Part shown: in pieces, positions 8,554 through 19,078 of the stretch | Layout of the letters: every line of letters begins with the position of its first letter | How positions within the stretch are numbered: position 1 is the stretch's first letter | From: Promethearchaeota archaeon Loki_b32 | Lineage (GTDB): Archaea; Asgardarchaeota; Lokiarchaeia; Sigyniarchaeales; SOKP01 | NCBI GenBank assembly: GCA_005223125.1 | Contig: NJBH01000004.1 | Location: forward strand, 100,995 to 164,994 | Direction of reading: 5' to 3' | DNA length: 64,000 nt | Made by a program: the position numbers and the translations under genes | Notes under the pieces: generated by a model | What the model saw: the letters and a program-made list of their open reading frames with translations, nothing else | The model's database searches: none | Told to the model about the DNA's origin: nothing

Positions 8554-9360
8554 TTAATCTCTTACTTGCGTTCCGCATTCACCGCAAAATTTCCCAGTAT
8601 CATTTAATTTAGCCCCACATAATGGACAAAATTTAATGAGGTCTGTTACTTCTTGAACGGGAACTGGAGCAGGGGCTACAACATGAGTGGAAGCAGGAAT
8701 ATAAGCAGGTTGTTGTTCTGGGACTAAGCCTGGTTGTTTGCTTATTACTGGTTTCTGATCAGCAATTTTCGATAATGTGAAATACCCAATTAATTGGAAT
8801 ATCCAACCTATTACTATAGGTATGATTAAAAATCCGAGTACCCATAACATAGCTCCACTTCGTAATTTTTCTACGCCATCGATCGCATCTTTCCCCATCT
8901 TTGGAAACATTTCTCTGTTTTGTACAATAAAAGATTTTAAATTATCCCAAGCACCTACTTCAATGGCAGATCCTACTATCATAAGAATAAATCCAATAAT
9001 AAACAAGGTTATTATAGGAATAAATCTCATAAATGGTCCACCAATATATGGAATATAAGCACCATAAAAGCCTAATAGGACACCAGCTAACCACACACAC
9101 GCTACATTGAGGATTATTGCTCCAATAAATTTGATTATACTCGCGGTTAAATACCTTGTACGAAATTCCTCTAGATGTGGATTCTTCAGTTCGCGATTTA
9201 TTTTATTAAAATCGTTTATTAGTACAATTATTAAAATTAACTGAATAATGAGAGCAACAAAAGCAATATATGGAATAATTATCAGGATTAAAAGTCCACC
9301 AACGTTTCGTAAATTTTTTCCAAACTTCATCCATTTCATTTCTAAATTCGAACTTGACAT
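8554..9360 (-). CDS. Multi-pass membrane protein with C-terminal zinc ribbon
   Basis: Several hydrophobic helices, a Pro/Val-rich linker, then CPLCGAKLNDTGKFCGECG. Confidence 0.6.
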   Translation of the reverse strand: MSSSNLEMKWMKFGKNLRNVGGLLILIIIPYIAFVALIIQLILIIVLINDFNKINRELKNPHLEEFRTRYLTASIIKFIGAIILNVACVWLAGVLLGFYGAYIPYIGGPFMRFIPIITLFIIGFILMIVGSAIEVGAWDNLKSFIVQNREMFPKMGKDAIDGVEKLRSGAMLWVLGFLIIPIVIGWIFQLIGYFTLSKIADQKPVISKQPGLVPEQQPAYIPASTHVVAPAPVPVQEVTDLIKFCPLCGAKLNDTGKFCGECGTQVRD

Positions 9361-9705
9361 TTGTAAATACCAATTTACGTACTTTAATTTTTAATTAAAG
9401 TGTATTTTTTATAATTATTATAATTATTGGGGACCAATTTTTAAGTTCTCTGATCTTTCGGGCAATGAGCTTAGATAAATGAAGAAGGATGTTAACAATA
9501 ATAATAATAAAATACAGAAATTATTTGATTTTTTTGGTGATTTTGAAAAGAATATATCAATATCACTATGAAAGATATTATTAAGTTTATTAGGGAGGAT
9601 GCAAAATCTAAATTGCATTAAGTTTAAATATACCTTATAATCTATTAACAAATACTATTTCAAATTTATTTAACAAAAAATAACTGTAATAGCTAGGCGA
9701 ATAAT

Positions 9706-10641
9706 ATGACAGAATTAATTTTTAAAATAGGATTCCCCGTAGTACTACTTGTACTTCTAATAATTATTTTCATAAGTAGTAGATCTAATAAAAGACCAGA
9801 CCAAGAGTTTATGAGTTGTGATGAATTTTTAAAAGATTGGCTAAAAGATCACGGACAAGCTCATAAGTTGGAGGAACAATTTGCACAAATGAAAAAAGAT
9901 CCAGCTGGTAAACTTTATATGCCGATTACTTATAAAGGTGGAAAGTTCTTTATAAAATGGGGTTTAACTCCAAATAAAGTATCATATATAAATTTAATAT
10001 TCTCATTTCTTATATTTTACGGCGTCTTAATGGCGGGTGAAGGACATACACTTGATTTATTTACTAAACAACCCTTATATGGTTCTTGGTTTTTTGCACT
10101 TGGTGTACTAGTATTGTTTACAGGGATAATTGATGGGATTGATGGTGCAATAGCAAGATTACTGGATATAAAATCTAAAAGTGGAGCATGGTTAGATAAT
10201 GTGATTGACAGGGTCAGTGATACATTAATGCTAGTATGTCTAATTCCTACTAGCCTTTCTGTTTTATCAATCAATAGCTTTGATTTTGATTTTAAGTGGA
10301 TGATTTGGACTAACATATTTCTGATTTTCATCTATGAATATATGAGAGCTAGACATGAAGGGTTAGGATTACATGAAACAAAGCCATTTGTTGGTGAAAG
10401 GATAACTCGAGTATTAGTTATTACCACGTTTTTTATAATCTATGGTGCTTCGAGCTTTACGATGTTATTAACAACTTTGATAAATCCGTCAGCTACAATT
10501 TGGTCTGTATCACATGAGGGAGTAACAACTTGGTGTATGTTTATTTTTCAAATCCTTTTATTGGGGATTATGATCTATTCATTAATGGGATTTGGGAAAT
10601 ATATCTGGAAAAACCTAAAAATATTGGATAAAGAAAAATAA
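9706..10641 (+). CDS. CDP-alcohol phosphatidyltransferase family protein
   Basis: DGIDGAIARLLDIKSKSGAWLDNVIDRVSD matches D-G-x2-A-R-x8-G-x3-D-x3-D. The protein is polytopic. Confidence 0.8.
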   Translation: MTELIFKIGFPVVLLVLLIIIFISSRSNKRPDQEFMSCDEFLKDWLKDHGQAHKLEEQFAQMKKDPAGKLYMPITYKGGKFFIKWGLTPNKVSYINLIFSFLIFYGVLMAGEGHTLDLFTKQPLYGSWFFALGVLVLFTGIIDGIDGAIARLLDIKSKSGAWLDNVIDRVSDTLMLVCLIPTSLSVLSINSFDFDFKWMIWTNIFLIFIYEYMRARHEGLGLHETKPFVGERITRVLVITTFFIIYGASSFTMLLTTLINPSATIWSVSHEGVTTWCMFIFQILLLGIMIYSLMGFGKYIWKNLKILDKEK

Positions 10642-10658
10642 AAAAGAGATTTTAAAAA

Positions 10659-12011
10659 ATGAAAACATCAAAACTAATATTATATGGTTCCATTTGCGTA
10701 GCATTATTTGTTCTCTTTCATATGTATTCTCCCCCTATTTTTTCATCAGGTGTAAAGAGAGCAATTGACCGGTTCATTCTTGATCCTTTAGCTTACTGGT
10801 TGTTCATATTTCCATTAATAGGATTACTCATGTTGTTAGGATTTATAATTTATTATGGAATGCATTTCTTTGCATCTTTTGGTAGTGGATATCGAGCTAA
10901 AACACCTTATTATGCTGACATAAGTATATTAATTGCGTCTAAAAATGAGAAAGTATTATTAGAAAGAACCTTGAATTCCATTGTTGACTCAGATTATCCT
11001 AAAGAAAAAATTCAATTAATTGTAATTACTAGTGGATCAACTGATGGTACAGCTGAATTTTGTAATAATTTTGCTAAAGAACATAGTACAATCGATATGA
11101 AAGTTTTATCAGAGGATCTCCCAAAAAAAGGAAAGCCTCCAGCCCTAAATTATGGTCTAAAGTACGTAAAAAATGAGATTGTTGTTCTTTATGATTCTGG
11201 TTGCATTTTACAGAAAAACACTTTAAAAAGTCTAATAGCTCCTTTTCAAAAACCTAAAATTCATGCCGTAATTGGCCCTGTCTTGGTTAAAAATTGGAAA
11301 GATAATAAATTGACAAGAGGAATTGTTCTTGATTATGCTATTGTATCTGGTGGTGGATTGCTTTTTGAAATTAAAAATAGATTAGGAGCATCAGCTTATT
11401 CATTTGGACGAAATTTTGCGGTTAGCACGAAATATCTTCAGAAATATGGTGGTTTTAATGAAGATTCGATGACAGAAGATCTTTATCTTTCAGTACTTTT
11501 GAGTTTGGATGGTGTACAAATATTCTTTTCTCCAAAAGCAAAGGTTTATGAATACGTCCCAAACACCTGGGAGATTTTAACAAAACAACGCACCCGGTGG
11601 TTAGCGGGATTTATTTTTGATATGCCACAATTAATGTCGATGAAAAGTGAAAATAAAAATGGGAAAACCTTAATTATCTCGAGAAATATGACCATGATGA
11701 TTATAGGAAATATTGATACATGGATACCAATAGTAATTGGATTTTCAATCCTTCATTTTTTGATTGGGGAATATTATTTACTAATTTGGGATCTTGCCTG
11801 CTTATTTTTCCAAGTTGGCTTCTTGTTCAATGCCGTCCGAAAATATGGAGATAAGCATTATAGTGTTTTATTAATATTTCTAATTAGTGGTTATATCCAT
11901 CTCTATATGTTCTTACGTCAATTTTCTCTTCCGAAAGAAATAAGTTGGGAAAAAACTCCTATGATATTAGAAAAACAAGAGATTGAAATAAAGGCTTTAT
12001 CTACGGCATAA
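10659..12011 (+). CDS. Membrane-embedded family 2 glycosyltransferase (processive type)
   Basis: ISILIASKNE start of the GT-A domain, a DSG/ED acidic motif, and QRTRWLAG (the QxxRW motif), flanked by TM helices. Confidence 0.8.
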   Translation: MKTSKLILYGSICVALFVLFHMYSPPIFSSGVKRAIDRFILDPLAYWLFIFPLIGLLMLLGFIIYYGMHFFASFGSGYRAKTPYYADISILIASKNEKVLLERTLNSIVDSDYPKEKIQLIVITSGSTDGTAEFCNNFAKEHSTIDMKVLSEDLPKKGKPPALNYGLKYVKNEIVVLYDSGCILQKNTLKSLIAPFQKPKIHAVIGPVLVKNWKDNKLTRGIVLDYAIVSGGGLLFEIKNRLGASAYSFGRNFAVSTKYLQKYGGFNEDSMTEDLYLSVLLSLDGVQIFFSPKAKVYEYVPNTWEILTKQRTRWLAGFIFDMPQLMSMKSENKNGKTLIISRNMTMMIIGNIDTWIPIVIGFSILHFLIGEYYLLIWDLACLFFQVGFLFNAVRKYGDKHYSVLLIFLISGYIHLYMFLRQFSLPKEISWEKTPMILEKQEIEIKALSTA

Positions 12012-12068
12012 CTTTTTTATATTTTAATTAATATTTTTTTATATTTAATAGTATATATACTAAAATAT

Positions 12069-13379
12069 GTGGTGAAATTGTTGTTTAAATTCCAGGATCA
12101 TCTACCAACAGAATTAGAAAGAAAATATTTTGATTTTAAAGCACGAGATTACCCAGAAGAGAAATTTTGTGAGGATTTACTAACACAAATTAGTCAATCT
12201 TATAATAATTGTAAATATTATCAAGAGAATGTATGTAAGAAGTTCGGATTTACAATTCCAGACGAATTATCAATTAAGGATTTAGAAAACATTCCTTATA
12301 TACCAACTGATATTTATAAAAAGTCAGAAAACCGAACAGTAGGACTTTTAAAAGCACCTCTTAATAAGATAGGTTTATTCTCATGTTCCTCCTCCACAAC
12401 AGGAGATCCCTCGATAGTGCCTCGAACAATAGATGATTTTGATCAATTACAATATAACTCAATTAAGGTATTTACAGAATTTTTCAGATGGAAGGATTTA
12501 AAAATTGGTCCAAAAAGATGTGTCGTTTTTAATTTTTCCCCAAATCGTAAATTTATGACAATGATGGCAAAAAGGAGAGTAAAAGGATTTGAGTACGTTA
12601 ATAAAACTCGTTATTTCACAGCATGTATGAATAAACCTTGGGAATATTATGGACATGAAGAATATATGGTAAAAATAAAATGGTTAAAGACAATTTGGGC
12701 TATAATTTCAACCTTTTCATTAAAAGGGGGCTTTATTTTAGATGTAAGCAAAATGTTGAAAATGGTTAAAAAAATTAAAGAAACAGGGTTTTGGAAAGGA
12801 ATAGAAGTAAGCAAAATTGTATTTGGCGGAAGTGCACTTCTAATGAATAATATGTTCAATAAAAGGTTATTGCAAGAAAATGTATTTTATGATCTCGAAA
12901 ATATCTCTTTTGTTGGGTGTGGTGGAGGAGGATGGGATGGAGTTAAAGGTGAAGCAAAAATGGATGCTGTAGATAAAGTCAATTTTATTGAAAATTATGA
13001 AAAAGTGTTTAATATTAAACCTAAAAACATTGGAGATATTTACGCATTTACCGAAGGACCGACTCTTTTTGGGGGTCATTGGTCTGAAAAATACCAAGAT
13101 TTCTTGCTACATTGTCCTAATACATCTAGGATTATCGTTAGAGATCTAGAAGATTTAAATCCTGTTAATAAAAATATGGAAGGTTTACTTGAGGTAATAA
13201 CTCCTTATGGGGTGAATGGGAGCATAAATCAAGCAGTGATTGTTGATGATATTGTGGAACTTATTTCAAAAGATAAATGTCCAGAATGTGGTTATGAAGG
13301 TGCTACATTTAGAGTCATAGGAAGATTAAAAAATGCTCAGGGAAAAAGTTGTTCTTCGTTAATTGATTGGCTTCACTAA
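12069..13379 (+). CDS. LuxE/PaaK-like adenylate-forming enzyme (acyl-protein synthetase-like)
   Basis: N-terminal ..YYQENVCKKFGF...LENIPYIPTDIYKK resembles LuxE-family N-termini. CSSSTTGDPSIVPRT resembles the AMP-binding P-loop. The start could instead be TTG at 12081, downstream of GGTGA. Confidence 0.55.
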   Translation: MVKLLFKFQDHLPTELERKYFDFKARDYPEEKFCEDLLTQISQSYNNCKYYQENVCKKFGFTIPDELSIKDLENIPYIPTDIYKKSENRTVGLLKAPLNKIGLFSCSSSTTGDPSIVPRTIDDFDQLQYNSIKVFTEFFRWKDLKIGPKRCVVFNFSPNRKFMTMMAKRRVKGFEYVNKTRYFTACMNKPWEYYGHEEYMVKIKWLKTIWAIISTFSLKGGFILDVSKMLKMVKKIKETGFWKGIEVSKIVFGGSALLMNNMFNKRLLQENVFYDLENISFVGCGGGGWDGVKGEAKMDAVDKVNFIENYEKVFNIKPKNIGDIYAFTEGPTLFGGHWSEKYQDFLLHCPNTSRIIVRDLEDLNPVNKNMEGLLEVITPYGVNGSINQAVIVDDIVELISKDKCPECGYEGATFRVIGRLKNAQGKSCSSLIDWLH

Positions 13380-13414
13380 TTTTTTTAAATTAAATGGTAT
13401 TATTACTACCCTAT

Positions 13415-14530
13415 TTAATAGTCTTTATTCACCATTTTTTTTTCATCTTTAGTTAATTCCCGTACAGCTCTGGCAGGAGAACCAAACGCAATCGAAAATG
13501 GGGGAATATCTTCGCTTACTAATGAATTTGCTCCAATTATCGATCCCTCTCCGATTGTAACTCCTGGTAAAACAACAGAATATGCACCTATTCTCGCATT
13601 TTTACCTATTTTAATAGGTCCAAAACTGAAACTTCCATGCTGTATATTCATTGCATTATGAGTTAATAATTTTACACCAATACCACAACCACTACCATCT
13701 TCAAATTCAATTAATTCAGGTAAGAGAGGATCAGGTATTGCCTTCTGTGAAATATGGCAATTATTACCGATTTTCATTCCAGTAAACCGAAATAATACAT
13801 TTCTTGCTCGTGGCCACCCTGTTAAATATGTAATTATTAATGATATTAAGTGATTAAAAGCACCTCTTACAAACCAAGATACAGAATAACCTTTAGACTG
13901 AAGATATTGTGCAATAATTAACATTGGTACAGGAGTGAAGATATGTTCATCAGTGTCTATATTAATATTAGTTATTTTACCCTTAACTTCAATTTCAAAT
14001 TCTGGTCTTCTCTTTTTCCATATTTTTCTAGCTTTAATCAAATCCTTAAAAAAAATAAGAAAATCAGTACTCACTAAAAATAAGAATAACCCTAATGCAA
14101 ATATTATTGGTAAAAAGAGTATAAGAAACATTAACCTTGTATTAAGAGTTATTTCTTGATTGAATATAATACTAAAATAAGCATAATGACTTGCTATAAA
14201 TGTAACTAATACAAATCCACATAAACTAAAGACATATATTATGGAACCTGTCATATGTTTTACTTTTGCTAAATTATATCCAAAAACATATAATACAAGA
14301 AAAAGCGCATAGCAAATAAAAATCCCAGCATAGACAAATATAGTATAATTATAAAATAACAATAATAACCATGGTCTTAACAAATTGTAAATGAAATCCA
14401 TCCATGGAATCGATAGAAAAATCTGATTAAATATTAATAATACTATAAATAATGCGCTTAAAATTAAGAAAATAAATGAAAAAATGAATCCCTTCGTCCA
14501 AAATTTCATTTTACCTGAGACTTTAGACAT
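13415..14530 (-). CDS. Membrane-anchored hexapeptide-repeat (LbH) acyltransferase
   Basis: About 170-aa polytopic N-terminus. The C-terminus IGKNARIGAYSVVLPGVTIGEGSIIGANSLVSEDIPPFSIAFGSPA is a classic left-handed beta-helix acetyltransferase pattern. Confidence 0.75.
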   Translation of the reverse strand: MSKVSGKMKFWTKGFIFSFIFLILSALFIVLLIFNQIFLSIPWMDFIYNLLRPWLLLLFYNYTIFVYAGIFICYALFLVLYVFGYNLAKVKHMTGSIIYVFSLCGFVLVTFIASHYAYFSIIFNQEITLNTRLMFLILFLPIIFALGLFLFLVSTDFLIFFKDLIKARKIWKKRRPEFEIEVKGKITNINIDTDEHIFTPVPMLIIAQYLQSKGYSVSWFVRGAFNHLISLIITYLTGWPRARNVLFRFTGMKIGNNCHISQKAIPDPLLPELIEFEDGSGCGIGVKLLTHNAMNIQHGSFSFGPIKIGKNARIGAYSVVLPGVTIGEGSIIGANSLVSEDIPPFSIAFGSPARAVRELTKDEKKMVNKDY

Positions 14531-14648
14531 TGTCTTGAATTAAATCAATTAATTATTTAAAAAATCTAATACTTGTATAGAATAATAAAACAACATCTTC
14601 TAATAATATATAGATTTTCTGTTTTCAATTTACTTTAGACAAAAAGAT

Positions 14649-15416
14649 ATGAATTCTAAACCTAAGATTTCAGTTATAATCCCCACTTATAATGAGGAAA
14701 CTAATATAAAAAAATCATTAATCGCAGTCAAAAAACAACGCTGTAATATTCCTTATGAAATTATTGTAGCTGATGGACAAAGTTCAGATGAAACTGTTTC
14801 TATAGCTAAAAAATTTGCGAAAGTGTATATTGCTCCAAAAAAAGGTAAATCTTTTCAAGTAAATTATGTTGTACCAAAGACTTCTGGTGATTTACTTGTA
14901 TTTTTAGACGCAGATACATTAATAGATGAATTTTTCTTACAAAAGATTTACAAAATCTTTGAGAAACATAAAAATCTTTTTGCATGTAGCGCTAGAGTTA
15001 AATATTATGATGGAAAAGCCATTTCATTTAAATTGGGTTCCCAAGTATTTTCTATAACAAATTACTTTTTTCTTAATTTTAGTATGCATTTATATTACTT
15101 TTTTAAAACATTGCTTCGATATCCTGAACTCATAGGATGTAATATTATTATTAGAAGAGGTATATTCCTAAAAGTAGGGGGATTTAAGCAATTACCCCCA
15201 AATTTAATAGGAATGGACAAGGTCTTTTCAGATTCTTTAATATACTTAAGTAGAAAAATGAAAAAGGGTAAAATTAGAACTTTAAATTTTATTTCGGTTT
15301 TAACAAGTGGAAGATTCTTAAACAGACGTCGTAGTTTAGGACGTATTACCCAATATCATTCAAAAAAAAACATTTTTTATAATTTAGCAAAAGATACTGA
15401 TTTGAAAACAGAATAA
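14649..15416 (+). CDS. Family 2 glycosyltransferase
   Basis: ISVIIPTYNEE start and the FLDADT (DxD) motif. Confidence 0.75.
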   Translation: MNSKPKISVIIPTYNEETNIKKSLIAVKKQRCNIPYEIIVADGQSSDETVSIAKKFAKVYIAPKKGKSFQVNYVVPKTSGDLLVFLDADTLIDEFFLQKIYKIFEKHKNLFACSARVKYYDGKAISFKLGSQVFSITNYFFLNFSMHLYYFFKTLLRYPELIGCNIIIRRGIFLKVGGFKQLPPNLIGMDKVFSDSLIYLSRKMKKGKIRTLNFISVLTSGRFLNRRRSLGRITQYHSKKNIFYNLAKDTDLKTE

Positions 15417-15431
15417 TTGTCTAATTTAAAT

Positions 15432-16553
15432 TCATAAATTATTTAATAACTTCCTTATTTCAAGATATCTGCTTTTAAGGGTCAATTTTTTCCATTTATC
15501 TATTAGAGGGATCATGTTCATTGCCAAAGAAAGAGCTTGGCTCATTTCTAAATATTTGTATAACCCTAAACGCCCAACAGGAATAATTTTATCAGATTTA
15601 CATGCTTCATTTAGGTATTTATCAAAAATTTTAATATTTCGTTTTGTATATATCGGATACATTGGCAAATTACCATCGTTAAATGACATAGGTTCTTGAT
15701 ATTGGATCCATGATTTGTCTGTTTCCTGTTGATGCATAACTTTAAAATTTACTTTTCGGATATAATCTGTATGTTGCGGAAGGTTGATTGTTCCGTAATT
15801 CTCATTTTCCCAATTATCACTATCCTTATAATCAAATCGTAAAGATCTATATTGGAGATTACCAAATTTTAACTGTAATAATTCATCTATACGACCGGAG
15901 TATAAAATGAGATCATATAACGACTCGTTAAATTCACTTGTATTTAATTCTAAAGGAATTTCTTGTATCATATTTCTGAGGAATTCGGTATATCCATTAA
16001 CAGGTAGACCTTGAAAATCATCTTCAAACATTTGAGAATTAGAGTCTGTCAGTTCAATGCGATTTAAAATATATTCTGTTGATAATTCTTTGGGTTCTAA
16101 ACCCCACATTTTTTTGGAATAATTATATATAAATAATCTATATAAAGTAGTTCCAAATTTAGAAACTGAATAAGTTTCAAAGTTAGATAAATCAGGAACA
16201 TCCGGTAGTTCTTCTAATTCCTTAAGAATTTGTTCACTATCTTTCATCTCACGAATAGTTTTCTTACTCAGAGGAAAATGTCTCAATATGCCATTGATAA
16301 AAATTCCTTTCTTATGTTTATAATTATTAAAGTCTGAAAATTTTAACACAAATTCTTTAATTCGACTATCTTTAGTGTGAAAAGCATGTCCACCATATGG
16401 TTCATACTTTATGCCATTAGAACTTGTTTTTGTATAACACAATCCTCCAATATGATCCTCTTTTTCTTTGATTGAAACGATATGACCTTTATTTTTCATC
16501 AAAAATGCTAAGGTGCAACCAGTAATCCCAGCACCTAATATTAATACTCGCAT
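15432..16553 (-). CDS. glf: UDP-galactopyranose mutase
   Basis: MRVLILGAGITGCTLA FAD fold, GGHAFHT and WIQYQEP..NDGN..YP motifs typical of Glf. I prefer the ATG at 16553 over the track's GTG at 16568. Confidence 0.8.
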   Translation of the reverse strand: MRVLILGAGITGCTLAFLMKNKGHIVSIKEKEDHIGGLCYTKTSSNGIKYEPYGGHAFHTKDSRIKEFVLKFSDFNNYKHKKGIFINGILRHFPLSKKTIREMKDSEQILKELEELPDVPDLSNFETYSVSKFGTTLYRLFIYNYSKKMWGLEPKELSTEYILNRIELTDSNSQMFEDDFQGLPVNGYTEFLRNMIQEIPLELNTSEFNESLYDLILYSGRIDELLQLKFGNLQYRSLRFDYKDSDNWENENYGTINLPQHTDYIRKVNFKVMHQQETDKSWIQYQEPMSFNDGNLPMYPIYTKRNIKIFDKYLNEACKSDKIIPVGRLGLYKYLEMSQALSLAMNMIPLIDKWKKLTLKSRYLEIRKLLNNL

Positions 16554-17164
16554 TGTTTTATCTAACACAATCCTCCAATGAAAATTCTTATTTAAGTTTT
16601 TATAGCGAATTAAAAAATTAATTTATGAATATTTTTACTTCACCATGATCTCAACTAAAGGAATGCGGGATTCGTGAAAAAAGTAGTCATATTTCTTAGA
16701 ATACCCTTAGAATAGACTTTATTGCTCTAACTCTGTAAAAATGCGAAAGATAGCCATATCAAGATAACAACAAAATCTACAACAGTGAGCTCCATAAATA
16801 TTCAGCTCATTCAAGCCACTAGAACTTTCTAAGTTCTCGGAGTAATTGCGGTGTGGATAATTTTAGATGCATTGATTTATACCCTCCAATGCCTCTCCTA
16901 TCATACACCACATAAAACTTCTTATCAAAAAAAGGGCGAAGCACTTCTCGGTAATATTTACCCATGATAAGAATTCAACCATATGAACTATTAACTTCTT
17001 TAAATTTCGAAAAAAAAACATTATAATAGGTAATATATATATAACTACAAAACAAGTAATCTTTGTAAAATAAAGTAAAGAGTGAGGTATATTTTTAGTA
17101 ATATAATTAGATATTATATACAGTTTAATAGGGAAAATAAATAAAATTTCAAAAATTATTAAAA

Positions 17165-18289
17165 ATGATGAAAATAGAAAAGCTTCCAAAAGAATGCGAA
17201 GAATATATGACCCCAAAAGAAAGAATTTTAGGGCTTATAATGCGCAAAAAACTTGATAGGATACCCGTTTTTCCATTTGTCTCAGCAGCAGCAGCTCAAA
17301 TTTTGCATTTAAACTATGGGGAATATGCACAAAAGCCAGAATTATTTTTAAAAGCTCAAATAGAAGCTCAAAAATTAATTGGATACGATGCAATAACAGC
17401 AATGCCAGATTTATGTGTTGAGGCTCAGGGTTTTGGAGCAAAAATTATATATCCAGATAATAACGCTGCTTATCCAGATCCATATAATCCCATTATTAAA
17501 TCTCCAAGTGAATATAAAAACATCGATAAATTATTCGATTGGTCACATGCAGACCGGATGAAAAATCAAATTGAGGTAGTAAGTATTATAAATGATCAAT
17601 TACCTGATATGATGATAGGCGGAATGTCAATAGGTCCTTTAGGACTCATTTCAAGGCTTCGAAATGTGAATGAACTTATACGTGATTTTGTCTACAATAA
17701 AGATAAACTTCATGATGCTTGTGAAAAAGTAACTGAAATTCAGATCGAATATATAGAGAAACAAATTGAGGCTGGAGCAAAAATTATTATGCTACCAGTA
17801 GTTTTAGCCGAAAGGGAACTTATGAGTAAAGAAATGTGGTTAGAATTAGATATGCCATACCAAGCAAAAATAGCCAAATTTATAAGGAGAAAAAGAGCTC
17901 TCTACTGTGTCCATACATGTGGTCGAGGCCCATATTTTGATCTCTTAATTGAGCACCTCCGACCAGTCCTTATTCAGAACGCTTTTTTACCCGATGGTGT
18001 TAAAACCGAAGAAGAGATGATAGAAAAATATGGAAAGAAGTTAATTTTCTTAGGTTTTTTAAGTGTTTCAATGCTTGCTTGGTCAAGTCCTAGTGAAGTA
18101 ATTGCAGAATGTAAAAGAGAAATCGAAGTTTTCGGAAAATCCCCCGCAGGATATTTACTTGGAGCATCTTGTGAATATCCTCCATATGCGCCTTTATATA
18201 ATGCAATGGCGGTGGTTAAGGCAGCTAGAATATATGGAGTTAATTTTAAAGCTGGAGAAGGAGCTAATTATGAAGATGGAGGCACCTAA
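17165..18289 (+). CDS. Uroporphyrinogen-decarboxylase-family methyltransferase (MtaA/MtbA-like methylcobamide methyltransferase)
   Basis: N-terminus MTPKERILGLIMRKKLDRIPVFP and overall URO-D-like layout. Located immediately upstream of a corrinoid protein. Confidence 0.7.
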   Translation: MMKIEKLPKECEEYMTPKERILGLIMRKKLDRIPVFPFVSAAAAQILHLNYGEYAQKPELFLKAQIEAQKLIGYDAITAMPDLCVEAQGFGAKIIYPDNNAAYPDPYNPIIKSPSEYKNIDKLFDWSHADRMKNQIEVVSIINDQLPDMMIGGMSIGPLGLISRLRNVNELIRDFVYNKDKLHDACEKVTEIQIEYIEKQIEAGAKIIMLPVVLAERELMSKEMWLELDMPYQAKIAKFIRRKRALYCVHTCGRGPYFDLLIEHLRPVLIQNAFLPDGVKTEEEMIEKYGKKLIFLGFLSVSMLAWSSPSEVIAECKREIEVFGKSPAGYLLGASCEYPPYAPLYNAMAVVKAARIYGVNFKAGEGANYEDGGT

Positions 18290-18295
18290 ATAAAA

Positions 18296-18940
18296 ATGTT
18301 AAAAGAAGATATATTAAAAAAACTTAAAGAAAGTGTTTTAGATTATGACAGTAAGGCGGCAAAAGAAGCAGCAAAAGAAGCTTTAGAGGCTGGAATTGAT
18401 CCAATTGAAGCTATACAGAAAGGCCTTTATTTCGGTTTAAAAGAAGTATGCGACCAATATGAAGACACTGTCTTTCTTACTGATATAATTTTAGCTTCAG
18501 ATGCTTTTTATGATGGTGTAAACATTTTAAAGTCTATCATAAGTCCTGAAAAAGCACAATTAATGAAGAAAGGAGTAGCTATTATTGGTGTTGTAGAGGG
18601 AGATATTCACGATCTTGGAAAAAATATCCTAAAATATCTGATGGAAGCTGAAGGTTTTGAAATGATTGATTTGGGCTTTGATGTAAAAGCTGAAAAATTT
18701 ATAGAAGAGGCAGAAAAACACGACGCAGACCTTATATTAATATCCTTAATGTTAAGTTCAATGTTTCCTCAAATAGGAAAGCTCGTTGATTTGGCTAAAA
18801 AAAAAAATCTAAGAGCAAAAATTATGGCAGGAGGAGGACCAGTTACGGAAGGAATTGCGATGAAATATGGAGCAGATGGATGGGCTCTAACTGCCCCTTT
18901 AGCTGTAAAAAAAGTGTGGGAACTGTTAAAAAAATCTTAA
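18296..18940 (+). CDS. Corrinoid (B12-binding) methyl-carrier protein
   Basis: DIHDLGKNI (DxHxxG), SLMLSS (SxL) and MAGGGP (GG) form the B12-binding signature. A helical cap domain precedes it. Confidence 0.8.
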   Translation: MLKEDILKKLKESVLDYDSKAAKEAAKEALEAGIDPIEAIQKGLYFGLKEVCDQYEDTVFLTDIILASDAFYDGVNILKSIISPEKAQLMKKGVAIIGVVEGDIHDLGKNILKYLMEAEGFEMIDLGFDVKAEKFIEEAEKHDADLILISLMLSSMFPQIGKLVDLAKKKNLRAKIMAGGGPVTEGIAMKYGADGWALTAPLAVKKVWELLKKS

Positions 18941-19078
18941 TTTACAAAAATTAAAATCAACAGAAATAGATTAAATTCTTATAAAAGTTTTTAATTCAGC
19001 TAAAAATGATATCAAAAATCTCTTAATCCCGATAGACTGGTTATTACCATTTCATCCTTACATAATTCGCTTGAGACC

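Noticed and set aside
9424-9651. A 75-aa ORF in the 9361-9705 spacer.
   Set aside because: It has AT-rich low-complexity translation, no motif and no ribosome-binding signal. It is probably promoter/intergenic DNA.
16863-17216. A 117-aa minus-strand ORF.
   Set aside because: It is hydrophobic and low-complexity, and it overlaps the start of the URO-D-family gene. A different frame holds the more gene-like fragment (16819-16965).
17165-18940. Pyrrolysine (in-frame TAG) usage near the corrinoid methyltransferase genes.
   Set aside because: No in-frame TAG and no MttB/MtmB/MtbB-like gene are seen in the neighbourhood.
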